This document shows, piece by piece, positions 45,208 through 54,385 of a stretch of DNA of 64,000 nt (positions are counted from its first letter, which is position 1; every line of letters begins with the position of its first letter). Source of the DNA: Diplonema japonicum (Eukaryota > Protista > Euglenozoa: Diplonemea); NCBI GenBank assembly GCA_964019335.1, contig OZ025695.1, forward strand, positions 186,001 to 250,000. The letters run 5' to 3'. Under the pieces are notes generated by a model. It was not told where the DNA came from. It worked only from the letters and a program-made list of their open reading frames with translations, and searched no databases. Position numbers and translations under genes: made by a program.

Positions 45208-45631
45208 TGTTACGAAATAGAAATCCCTGTCTTGCATAAGTTGGCAATGTAAGTGTGTGCAGGGCAGCGTTAAAAATAATACGAATAACGCGACTTGAGC
45301 TGAACCCAAGACCAAAACAAAAGCAAAAAGAGAAGAAAAAACGCAGAAAGAAAACAAAAGATAAAAGAAAGCAAGCACCTCTCTGCCTTGCGCGTTTGCA
45401 TCTACTTCGAGAAAGAGTGTGGAATAACATGCATCAGCACAAGGGAAAGAGCTACGCCATTTGTCTAATGTCAGTCGCTCCTTTTCCATGAATGGGGTTT
45501 CAGGAGTGTAGCGACACCAAACAGAGGGGAAGGGGTCATGTTGAAAATACAATTTTCTAATCATCAAACACACGAAAGAACAAAGAAAAAACTGTTCTGT
45601 TCACAACATATCAAAATCATATCGCCTCTCA

Positions 45632-46741
45632 TCACGGGCAGGGCTTGTCGCAGTTGGGAGGAGCCGTGAAGAGGCTCGCGGGCTGAGGACCAGGCTTCCA
45701 GGTGGGCACAACAAAGTCCCATTTCTTAACTTCACCATTGATGTGCTCCATGAAACGCACAGGTGTGCGGAAGTCGTTGGCCAGCGCGTAGTAGTGGTTG
45801 TCATAGTTTCCTTGCTTGAACCACTCATCCACCTGGTACCCATTCACAGTGCTGCGGCCCACGTACGACCCACCGCCATTCTGAAGCCAGTCGGACTTCA
45901 CTGCACCTGCCTGCTTCTTTTTGTGACAGCAGATTGTCTCCGACTGGATGTACATGTGCCCATCGGAGGAGTAGATCACAGTGCAAGGCTTCCCGTCCTT
46001 CACGATCCCCCTGCAGGTGGAGTCTTTCTGCCCTTCAAGGTTCTCCCAACGCGATGCCTTCTGATCGTCATCATAGTAGTACTTCATCTGCCAGTGCGGG
46101 CCCCTGTCGGTGAAGTTCACAAGAACAGAGAACGCTTTTGTCTGGTTGTTCCCTCCCCATCGGGGGGCTCCTGTGTCGTTCGTGGCGGTCACATGGTCGG
46201 CATCAAGATCTCCGTTGTAATGGCAGTCCGTGCACGAGATCCTGCTGTTGTATGTCCCATCATGGGTGTCAATGGGGCCACTGGCAGGCATCAGGGGAAG
46301 GACAACACCGGTCGCCTTCAGGTTGCCCCTCGCCTCAGTGGGGATGTGGTGAGCCCATGCCATCAAGGCCTGAGCACACAAACCATCCCTCGTCATGTTG
46401 TATGCAGCACTACCCTTCTCCTCCCTCACATGGGCGAGGTCAATGTGGTTCCTCTTGTCGCTCTTCTTCTCGTAAATGGAAGCCAGGCTGCTGTCACGGT
46501 ACATCAGGATCTTGCTGGTGACATCGGTGAGCTGCTCGTGGGTGAACTGCTCACAGTTGGCCACCCTGTGTCCACCCTTGACCATGTAGTCGTTGATGGA
46601 GGTGAACACTTCAGGCTTCGTCTTCGCAAGTAGACCGGAAGTCGTCCTGGGCTTCGACATCGTGGCCCTTGTGAGGTCGGATGTGCCGAGCGAAGAGGCG
46701 CAGTGCAGGGCTGCGAGAAGGAGTGTTCCACGGAGCATCAT
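45632..46741 (-). CDS. Secreted CxxCH-domain plus ependymin-like-domain protein, copy 3 (type A)
   Basis: Near-identical to copy 1. Confidence 0.8.
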   Translation of the reverse strand: MMLRGTLLLAALHCASSLGTSDLTRATMSKPRTTSGLLAKTKPEVFTSINDYMVKGGHRVANCEQFTHEQLTDVTSKILMYRDSSLASIYEKKSDKRNHIDLAHVREEKGSAAYNMTRDGLCAQALMAWAHHIPTEARGNLKATGVVLPLMPASGPIDTHDGTYNSRISCTDCHYNGDLDADHVTATNDTGAPRWGGNNQTKAFSVLVNFTDRGPHWQMKYYYDDDQKASRWENLEGQKDSTCRGIVKDGKPCTVIYSSDGHMYIQSETICCHKKKQAGAVKSDWLQNGGGSYVGRSTVNGYQVDEWFKQGNYDNHYYALANDFRTPVRFMEHINGEVKKWDFVVPTWKPGPQPASLFTAPPNCDKPCP

Positions 46742-46983
46742 TCTTGTTTTTAAACCTAAGTGTTCGTTAACACGTTATATCAGTTCCATAACGTTATTTC
46801 TTATTGAGATAATAAAATACCCGGTATCAAAAAGAAGAAGAAAAAAAAAAACGTAATTCGTTACTGCACATGGTAGGGGCGTGCAGCCTATGAAAATAGA
46901 AAGGTGTGAGGACACGGCACTCGTGTAGAGACAACGGCTCTTCTTCTTACTTGGGGAGCTGTGGCTTGCTTTTTTGGAAAAAA

Positions 46984-48102
46984 TCACTGACAGCTCATAT
47001 CACAGTTAGGAGGTGGTGCAAAGAGGCTCTGCGGTTGGGGACCAGGCTTCCAGGTGGGTACTATGAAGTCCCATTGCTTTACCTTCCCGCTCTTGTGCTC
47101 CATGTAACGCACAGGTGTGCGGAAGTCGTTGGCCAGCGCGTAGTAGTGGTTGTCATAGTTTCCTTGCTTGAACCACTCATCCACCTGGTACCCATTCACA
47201 GTGCTGCGGCCCACGTACGACCCACCGCCATTCTGAAGCCAGTCGGACTTCACTGCACCATACGACCCTTTGTTCTTGATGCAGCACGTTGTGGCAGACT
47301 GCACATACACATAGCCATTGGTGGCAAAGATTACAGTGCAAGGCTTCAGGATTGGTGCAGCCTGTTTACACACCTCATCATTCTGCCCCTCCATGTGCTC
47401 GTAGCGGGACGCTTTCAAATCGTCATCATAGTAGTACTTGAACTGCCATATCGGGTGCGCGGGGGAGTCAGCCACGTCAGTCATGTTGACCAGTACTGAG
47501 AACTGAGTCGTCTGGTTGTTCCCTCCCCATCGGGGGACTCCTGTGTCGTTCGTGGCGGTCACGCGGTCTGATAGAGAGTAATGGCAGTCCGTACATGATG
47601 CCCTGCTGTTGTATGTCTCATCATGGGTGTCAATGGGGCCACTGGCAGGCATCAGGGGAAGGACAACACCGGTCGCCTTCAGGTTGCCCCTCGCCTCAGT
47701 GGGGATGTGGTGAGCCCATGCCATCAAGGCCTGAGCACACAAACCATCCCTCGTCATGTTGTATGCAGCACTACCCTTCTCCTCCCTCACATGGGCGAGG
47801 TCAATGTGGTTCCTCTTGTCGCTCTTCTTCTCGTAAATGGAAGCCAGGCTGCTGTCACGGTACATCAGGATCTTGCTGGTGACATCGGTGAGCTGCTCGT
47901 GGGTGAACTGCTCACAGTTGGCCACCCTGTGTCCACCCTTGACCATGTAGTCGTTGATGGAGGTGAACACTTCAGGCTTCGTCTTCGCAAGTAGACCGGA
48001 GGTCGCCCTTGGCTTCGACATCGTGGCCCTTGTGAGGTCGGATGTGCTGAGGGAAGAGGCGCAGTGCAGGGCTGCGAGAAGGAGTGTTCCGCGGAGCATC
48101 AT
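46984..48102 (-). CDS. Secreted CxxCH-domain plus ependymin-like-domain protein, copy 4 (type B)
   Basis: Same N-terminal domain; C-terminal domain partly diverged. Confidence 0.8.
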   Translation of the reverse strand: MMLRGTLLLAALHCASSLSTSDLTRATMSKPRATSGLLAKTKPEVFTSINDYMVKGGHRVANCEQFTHEQLTDVTSKILMYRDSSLASIYEKKSDKRNHIDLAHVREEKGSAAYNMTRDGLCAQALMAWAHHIPTEARGNLKATGVVLPLMPASGPIDTHDETYNSRASCTDCHYSLSDRVTATNDTGVPRWGGNNQTTQFSVLVNMTDVADSPAHPIWQFKYYYDDDLKASRYEHMEGQNDEVCKQAAPILKPCTVIFATNGYVYVQSATTCCIKNKGSYGAVKSDWLQNGGGSYVGRSTVNGYQVDEWFKQGNYDNHYYALANDFRTPVRYMEHKSGKVKQWDFIVPTWKPGPQPQSLFAPPPNCDMSCQ

Positions 48103-48404
48103 TGTTCCCTGTGGTGATGTGCAAGAAGCCGGGGGTCAAGAGGTAGACAGGTGCCGCACTTAATCTCATTCCTCAAACTCTAGTATTGCATGGTCGGGGT
48201 ACTGCACTAACTTTAGATTCGTAACAGAGCCCTGGTGGTGTGCCTGTAAAGAAATGTGCCGAAATATACAACCCATACCTGAGCAGCTTGCTCCCGCAAC
48301 CAGTCCGCGTAAGTATCGGGTGCTCGAAGGTATGAGAGATCAACGGCAGAGAACAGTACCTATTATTTACACGTAATGAAATAAAAATAAAAATTGCGGT
48401 GCCC

Positions 48405-49250
48405 TTAACATACCGGAAGCTGCTGATGTGCAAGGACACGGGGAAAGATTCTCGGGACCAATGGGGCGATACATTGGAGTTCTGTGGAGTCCTTCCAGGC
48501 TTTGCTGACAAGCTGCCATGTGGAAGAGGATGCCATGAAGACGCCGGAGGGTGTCGATGAAGTAGTGTGGACGAGCGTCAGGAGGGACACAGGAGAAGGT
48601 GGTTTGGAAAGAGTGATGGGGGTCCCGAGAAAACTGAACGGGAGGTCCTTTGAGAGGAGGTTGTGGCTGGCAACGGAGTGAAGAAAGGAGAAGCTATCGG
48701 GAGAGATAGAAGTAACCCCTTCGTCGATGATGATGACGGCATCGAGAGGGTGCTTGAATGAGGTGAACAGGTTGGTGGTAGCCTGACGTATCATTTGCTG
48801 AGGAGGAGCTTTTTTCACAACGTCGATAACAACGCTATCGCTCCGGTCTGCTGAATTTATCTTGCACGCTAAGAGGGAAATGTCGTCCGTTACCGCGTGA
48901 AGCACAAACAATCCCTTCGGCACCATGGACAGGACAGGCGAGGTGCATAACACCACCACAGCCACTCGGTATCTCATCAATTGATCCTTCGCTCTCTGCG
49001 CCGCTTCCTCCATCTCTTGCATTCGCGTGGCCAGTTCCCATACATCCTTCTCCGCCTCGAAGCTATACTTCGCCAGCCCCTTTTCCTTCACACGAATGTC
49101 TTCCTTAATCAAATGCAGCTCCTGCTCGCACACACCATAGCTTGTCACGTAGTAGACCCATATAAAGCCCCACAGCAGCAATAGCACCGAGACCAACCAC
49201 GTTGCCGTCTGCGACCAGCTTCGATACGGTCTGCCTTTTGCAGCCGTCAT
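48405..49250 (-). CDS. Type II membrane protein, degenerate GT13 (GnT-I/MGAT1)-like
   Basis: TM segment plus coiled stem. VAVVVLC, AVIIIDEGVTSISPDSFSFL, WQLVSKAW and CIAPLVPR echo GT13 motifs. Confidence 0.5.
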   Translation of the reverse strand: MTAAKGRPYRSWSQTATWLVSVLLLLWGFIWVYYVTSYGVCEQELHLIKEDIRVKEKGLAKYSFEAEKDVWELATRMQEMEEAAQRAKDQLMRYRVAVVVLCTSPVLSMVPKGLFVLHAVTDDISLLACKINSADRSDSVVIDVVKKAPPQQMIRQATTNLFTSFKHPLDAVIIIDEGVTSISPDSFSFLHSVASHNLLSKDLPFSFLGTPITLSKPPSPVSLLTLVHTTSSTPSGVFMASSSTWQLVSKAWKDSTELQCIAPLVPRIFPRVLAHQQLPVC

Positions 49251-49395
49251 GGTGTCCTAGAGGTGCTATGCGCTCAAGTAACGCTTAAAATCTCGTTTAC
49301 TAGACTTCTAAAGCAGTATGGAGGAGGGTTTTTTCTTGAGGGGGGGGGGGGGGGGGGGGGGATGCTTGTTATACTACCCTTTTTTTATCTCTATT

Positions 49396-52300
49396 CTAAT
49401 TCATGACATCTGCACCAGTAAAGCCGATACCTTGCTCTATGAACGTGCTTCGCAGCCATGCATGGTACTCATATCGGGTGCCTCTGTCCATCTCCGCACA
49501 CTTCCCCAGAACGTCGTCGATGGTCAACGTGTCTTGTGGTCTCGATAGTCGCTTCAGAGCAGCTTCAAGCAGAATGAACTCCCTTGAGGTGAGCTCTGGT
49601 GTTTTTTTCAAGCTTTTCTGTTCCATCGTCGTCAAGGACCTCCGTTTGCTGAGCATCGTGGCGTACCCCTTTGATGCATCTCCTGTAGGGGAGTTTGTGT
49701 TCACAGCTTCACTGGTCCTCCGCCGTGCTACACCAAGCGCCTTCTTAAACTCTGACTTTCGTACTTCTCTATCAGGTGCACCACCTAAGGACTGGATGTA
49801 CTGCGTGGCCAGGTACCCTACACCACAAGGCAACAGAAGCCTTCTCAGCTGATCGGTGGTTAAAGTCTCCCCGGGCACCCGTAGTAGGATGACCTGTGCG
49901 GACCCGTAGTACTTCATCAGAGCGTCCCTTACCGTCACTTGCATCCCATGGTAGTTCACTATTCCGCCCCTCTTCACCTTGATATTTTCGCTTTCCTGCG
50001 ACGGGCTCGCACTCCGCAACCCCCTCACAAACCTCTCGTAACCCTTCATTGTGTTCTCGTCACTCTTGTCAAGAGGCTTCCTTATCTCCCTTGGCGACCT
50101 CGACCGAGGTCTCAGTGGCAGCTCCTTGATGCTCGGCGCTGTGGTGTATGTCACCTTCTCTATCGCTTTTGGCACGAAAACCGGAATGGGCCCTGTCGCT
50201 GCTGGAGTTTCCTCCTTTGCTTCTGGCCTGCTGACCTGCTTTGCCTTCTTCGCAACAGGCTTCTTGGGAGCCTTCCGTTTGAGAAGCTGAGCGGGAAGCG
50301 GCGGCGGCTGTGAGGCGGGTGACATGATGGGGTGCATGGGGGACGGATAAGATGAGGCAGGAGATGGGGTACTATGAGGAATGGGTGAAGGCGAGGGAGA
50401 TGGTGTCCTTTCAACAGACTCAAACGACGGCACTGACTTGACAGGAGTTCTGCGTGGCGGTGTAGGCGTGCGGGTACGGATGGGGCTGACCATAGGTGCC
50501 ATAGGGGGTGGCACTGACTCCGGCTCAGGATCAAGTACTGTGGCAGGGGGTGTAACAGGAGCAGTGTCAGGGACAAATTCAGGTTCCTGCGTGGACAACA
50601 CTGCAGGAATAGGAACGGGATCTGGCACACGAGGAGCTGCGACAGGTGCACGTGTTAGAGCTGAAACAGTATCAGGTACTACGTTAAGCTCCTCATCGAG
50701 CAATGGGGTAAGCACAGGGCCTGTCGATGGCTCGCGAACCGGCACAGGCAGAGCGTCTCGAGCTGGGAGTGCAGGGACGGAATCTGCAACAGGTGTTGGT
50801 ACGTGGGTGCGGTCAACACGAGCTGGCATGTTGACATTCGCTATGAAAGGGTGCGGGGAGAGAACGATGGGGTCAGTCTGCGTCCACACGGTGTCTGTCA
50901 AGACAGGGGACAGTACCTCCGCCCGTTGCGTGATAGGCACAGGCCGTGCCTGTTCGGCACTGTGTTTCTTTTTTAACACCCATGTCCGTTCCCGTTCGAC
51001 CGCAACCTCGTTCTCCAAGTGCGAACGCTCCTCTGTGGCTGTCTCCACTATCTTCGCCTTCTCGTCCATCCACTCGTTGTAGTCGTGGCGGTTCCTTTCC
51101 TCCAAGGCCATGAGCTGCTTTTCTTTTTCTTGCATCAGCTGCGTCAGCTTATTTTCATTCTGCCTTGACTCGTTCAGCATGCCCTCCCAGTTGGGCTGTA
51201 CTGCGGTCTGCACCCCGCTGTTCACCATCACAACCGCTGTTGTCTGCGCGGACTTGGTGGCAGTCGGCTTCTTCGAAGAGAGCCTCTCGACGGTTTCCTT
51301 TAACTCTTCGATCTCAGCTGCGCGTGTAGAACTCTCTCTCAGCAGCTCACCACGTGACTCTGCATCGGATGCCGCCGCGAGGGCTGCTTGCTTCTCGAGC
51401 TCTGTCCTCTCGGACAACGCTAACGTAAGTTCTGCAGTCAGTTGGTTGCACCGCTGTTCAGTTTCAGAAGCCCCCGCTTGCGCAGTTTCAGCGTCTAGCT
51501 TCAGCATCTCGATCACCTTGTCCGCAGCTTCCGATCGGGACATCTCAGCGTCTGTTTTGGAGTCCAGCAAAGACTGCACCGTTGCCTGATGTGCGCGCTG
51601 CTGGTTTGCCAGAAGCCTCCGCACTGACTCCTTATCGGATGCCTCGCGTTGCACGGCCTCTTGCAGACCCGCGATCCTTCTCTCAGCTGCGTCGAGCTTG
51701 ATCTCCATCGCTTGCGTTTTCATCTGTTCCTTCTGCAGCTCTGTCTGGTACTGACCGACTTTGTCCTGCACTTGGGCATCTTTCATGCGTGTGTCCTTGT
51801 TGACGCTGAGGCTTTGGAGGAGGTTCACCTCGTTCTTCGTCGATGTCAGGTCTCGCCTAAGCAGTGTGTTCTGCCTCTCGAGCCCGTCCACCTCGGCGTT
51901 CATTCCGTTTATCTCCTTCTTGAGCCCCTCCTTGTCTGCCTCGAGCTCTTTAATCTGCGCGATGTATGCTTCGTCGTCCGCTTTGATTAGATCACCGTAG
52001 TATGCATCGTTGCTTGTGCTGAGCATGTTCATGACGGACGCTTCTGCTTTAAGTGACGAGACCTCCTTCTGTCGCTTGTGCACCGTCTGCTGCAGGGTCT
52101 GTACCTCCAGCATGGACGCCTCGTGCCGCTGCTGGAGTTCTTTGATCTTCGAGACAGACTCCTCCAACTGCCTCCTCACAGCATTGGTGTTCTCAGCTTC
52201 CTGCCTCGCTTTCAACTCAGCCTTTTTAATCATCTCCATCACACACCTCTTCTCTTCAGCGTGCCCTGAGTCCTTCTTCAGCAACACATCCCTCTCAGCT

Positions 52301-54072
52301 GCTAGAGACACTAGCACATCATGCAGCTGTTTGTAGGTAGGATCGTTCTGTGCGATATCCAAGATCACCGTCCTGGCAGGTGCCTCCGCAGCACCGGACT
52401 GGAACCTCGTCATCATTGAGATCTCTGCACTCAGTTTAATCACGGTGTCCTCGGTTTTGCTGAGGTCCTGTTTGAGCTGCTCTATGTTCTTCTCGTACAC
52501 CTCGACTTGCATACTTTCCTTCAGCTCGTACACGTCCTCCAAAGCTTCTATCCGTTTGAAGATGGCATCTGTAGATGGCCCCTTCATGGCCTTGTTCGGT
52601 GTGGTCGAACCGCCTAGGAGCAGTAGCCCAAGGTAGTTGTCAGAGTCCTTCAAGAGGTACTCTATCTGACGTTGAGCATCTGACCAGTCCCGCGTGCTGC
52701 GCTTGTGGACAATCCGTTCCATTGAACGCAACCGCTGGACAGCGCTCTGGATCTTGTCTGTGGTGGTGGTGAGGGTTGCAGGCAACCTGGTAGGCGTGAC
52801 TGCGGTAGTTTCCTGCGACCCGAGAACCAAAGTGGCCAAAACGTTGGTATCTAGCCCCGAGTCCGACAGCATCAGGTCGTCGTCGTGAGTCATCTCACTC
52901 AATTCGTCCAGTTCGCTGGGCTCACGTGGGTACGGCAGTTCTCGTATTACCTCGACCTGCTTCCTCTTGAACCCCCCTCCCACGTACATGGGCGCCGAAC
53001 ACATCAGTACTAAGACAGAGCTCACAACAGCGCTCACGGCTACATCCGAAGCAGCAAGCAGCGATTTCGGAACTTCTGTCGAAATCTTAGTGGGGGAGAG
53101 ACCTTCTCCTACCTTGCTGAAACCGACGAACCCTTGCTCCAAAGCCCTCTCCAGTGTCTCAGTCTCTCCTGTTGTGTCTTCTATGTCCGTGAAGCTCTCG
53201 TTCGGCAGCTGGAGCGGCTTTGCGACAATAGGCGTGGCGGCCTCCGACCCATGTATCGTCGACATGGGAGACAGGGAGGGAATAGTCAGCCCTGGCGTGA
53301 CTGCCTCCTGTTGTGCAGGAGATGACGAGATAGATGTAAGACTCGAGTCGTTGTCGGAGTGCTTTGGGCTCTCGACAGGTCTGGGGGCGGGTGGAACTGG
53401 TTTTTCAGGTGGGGTGCTTAACATAGCAGGTTTGCCAGTTGGATCTCCAGAAGTGACTGTGAAGCTTGAGCAGGAAGATGAGATGTCAGTGCCGTCATCG
53501 GCTGAGGACTGTGAGGGCTTGATATCGGACTCAAGACTGGGCTTTGCTTTTTCTGGTTCTTCTTTCACTGTTTTCTTTGGTTCTTCCCTTACCGGTTTAG
53601 ACTCTTCCTCCTCCGTGTCGCTGGTTGTGAAGCTAGAGCCAGAGGTGCTGGGAGACATCGGCGGGGGCTGCTGCTTGGGCTTAGTTTCAGTCGCTGCTGT
53701 CGTTGGTGCACCTGTTTGCCATCCTGCTGAGTCCCCGGGCCCTGTGTTCCATCCTTCTGACGAAGAAGGCTGTATGCCCCATGTTGTTGCAGGTTGTTCC
53801 GTCATCCAGGCGGCAGGCGCTCCAAACCCGGAGTCATCCGTTGGGGGGGCAGATGTAGATGCGGGGGCTGGGGTCTGTGCCGGTACTGCGGGCTTCACCA
53901 CACTGTCTTGCTTCCGAGGAACAGAGACATCATTCTCGTCCCCGTCGGTCAGAGACGACAACGTTGATGAAGAGGACGACAACGACGACCCTGACGAGCT
54001 GCGCGACAGTGCCTGCGCCTGCGTCTTGCCTTGCCGGTATGCATTGCTCCCGGAGCTACTGTCCGTAGACAT
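49396..54072 (-). CDS. Large Ser/Pro-rich coiled-coil protein (1558 aa), hypothetical cytoskeletal
   Basis: Uninterrupted ORF; Ser-rich N-terminus, central heptads, Pro-rich segment. Confidence 0.85.
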   Translation of the reverse strand: MSTDSSSGSNAYRQGKTQAQALSRSSSGSSLSSSSSTLSSLTDGDENDVSVPRKQDSVVKPAVPAQTPAPASTSAPPTDDSGFGAPAAWMTEQPATTWGIQPSSSEGWNTGPGDSAGWQTGAPTTAATETKPKQQPPPMSPSTSGSSFTTSDTEEEESKPVREEPKKTVKEEPEKAKPSLESDIKPSQSSADDGTDISSSCSSFTVTSGDPTGKPAMLSTPPEKPVPPAPRPVESPKHSDNDSSLTSISSSPAQQEAVTPGLTIPSLSPMSTIHGSEAATPIVAKPLQLPNESFTDIEDTTGETETLERALEQGFVGFSKVGEGLSPTKISTEVPKSLLAASDVAVSAVVSSVLVLMCSAPMYVGGGFKRKQVEVIRELPYPREPSELDELSEMTHDDDLMLSDSGLDTNVLATLVLGSQETTAVTPTRLPATLTTTTDKIQSAVQRLRSMERIVHKRSTRDWSDAQRQIEYLLKDSDNYLGLLLLGGSTTPNKAMKGPSTDAIFKRIEALEDVYELKESMQVEVYEKNIEQLKQDLSKTEDTVIKLSAEISMMTRFQSGAAEAPARTVILDIAQNDPTYKQLHDVLVSLAAERDVLLKKDSGHAEEKRCVMEMIKKAELKARQEAENTNAVRRQLEESVSKIKELQQRHEASMLEVQTLQQTVHKRQKEVSSLKAEASVMNMLSTSNDAYYGDLIKADDEAYIAQIKELEADKEGLKKEINGMNAEVDGLERQNTLLRRDLTSTKNEVNLLQSLSVNKDTRMKDAQVQDKVGQYQTELQKEQMKTQAMEIKLDAAERRIAGLQEAVQREASDKESVRRLLANQQRAHQATVQSLLDSKTDAEMSRSEAADKVIEMLKLDAETAQAGASETEQRCNQLTAELTLALSERTELEKQAALAAASDAESRGELLRESSTRAAEIEELKETVERLSSKKPTATKSAQTTAVVMVNSGVQTAVQPNWEGMLNESRQNENKLTQLMQEKEKQLMALEERNRHDYNEWMDEKAKIVETATEERSHLENEVAVERERTWVLKKKHSAEQARPVPITQRAEVLSPVLTDTVWTQTDPIVLSPHPFIANVNMPARVDRTHVPTPVADSVPALPARDALPVPVREPSTGPVLTPLLDEELNVVPDTVSALTRAPVAAPRVPDPVPIPAVLSTQEPEFVPDTAPVTPPATVLDPEPESVPPPMAPMVSPIRTRTPTPPRRTPVKSVPSFESVERTPSPSPSPIPHSTPSPASSYPSPMHPIMSPASQPPPLPAQLLKRKAPKKPVAKKAKQVSRPEAKEETPAATGPIPVFVPKAIEKVTYTTAPSIKELPLRPRSRSPREIRKPLDKSDENTMKGYERFVRGLRSASPSQESENIKVKRGGIVNYHGMQVTVRDALMKYYGSAQVILLRVPGETLTTDQLRRLLLPCGVGYLATQYIQSLGGAPDREVRKSEFKKALGVARRRTSEAVNTNSPTGDASKGYATMLSKRRSLTTMEQKSLKKTPELTSREFILLEAALKRLSRPQDTLTIDDVLGKCAEMDRGTRYEYHAWLRSTFIEQGIGFTGADVMN

Positions 54073-54385
54073 CCAACCCCTGTGGATGGCTAGAGAGGCG
54101 AAGAACCAAAGAATGCAATCAAGGTTATGAAAAAAAAAAAAAAAATAAATAAATAAATAAAAAGGTGTAAGAGAAAGAAAGGATTAAAACTTCTGTTAAA
54201 AAGAATTCCGGGGGTCGAGCATATGGTGAAAAGTCACACCCTGAGTACCCAACGGCGGAGGCATCAACATCAACCCAAAGAACGTGGCCTCCTGATAAGG
54301 GGAACAACGCCACCTTGAGGAAGGAGCAGAAGAAGTACCATGCTGTAGACGTCGCATGGCAATCGGGGTTATAAAAAAAAAGACC

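Larger units (their letters stand above)
43055..48102 (-). repeat. Tandem gene array of four paralogues (A-B-A-B)
   Basis: A block of about 500 nt is nearly identical four times. The downstream motif ctccttttccatgaatggggtttcaggag is shared at about 43057 and 45478. Confidence 0.92.
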
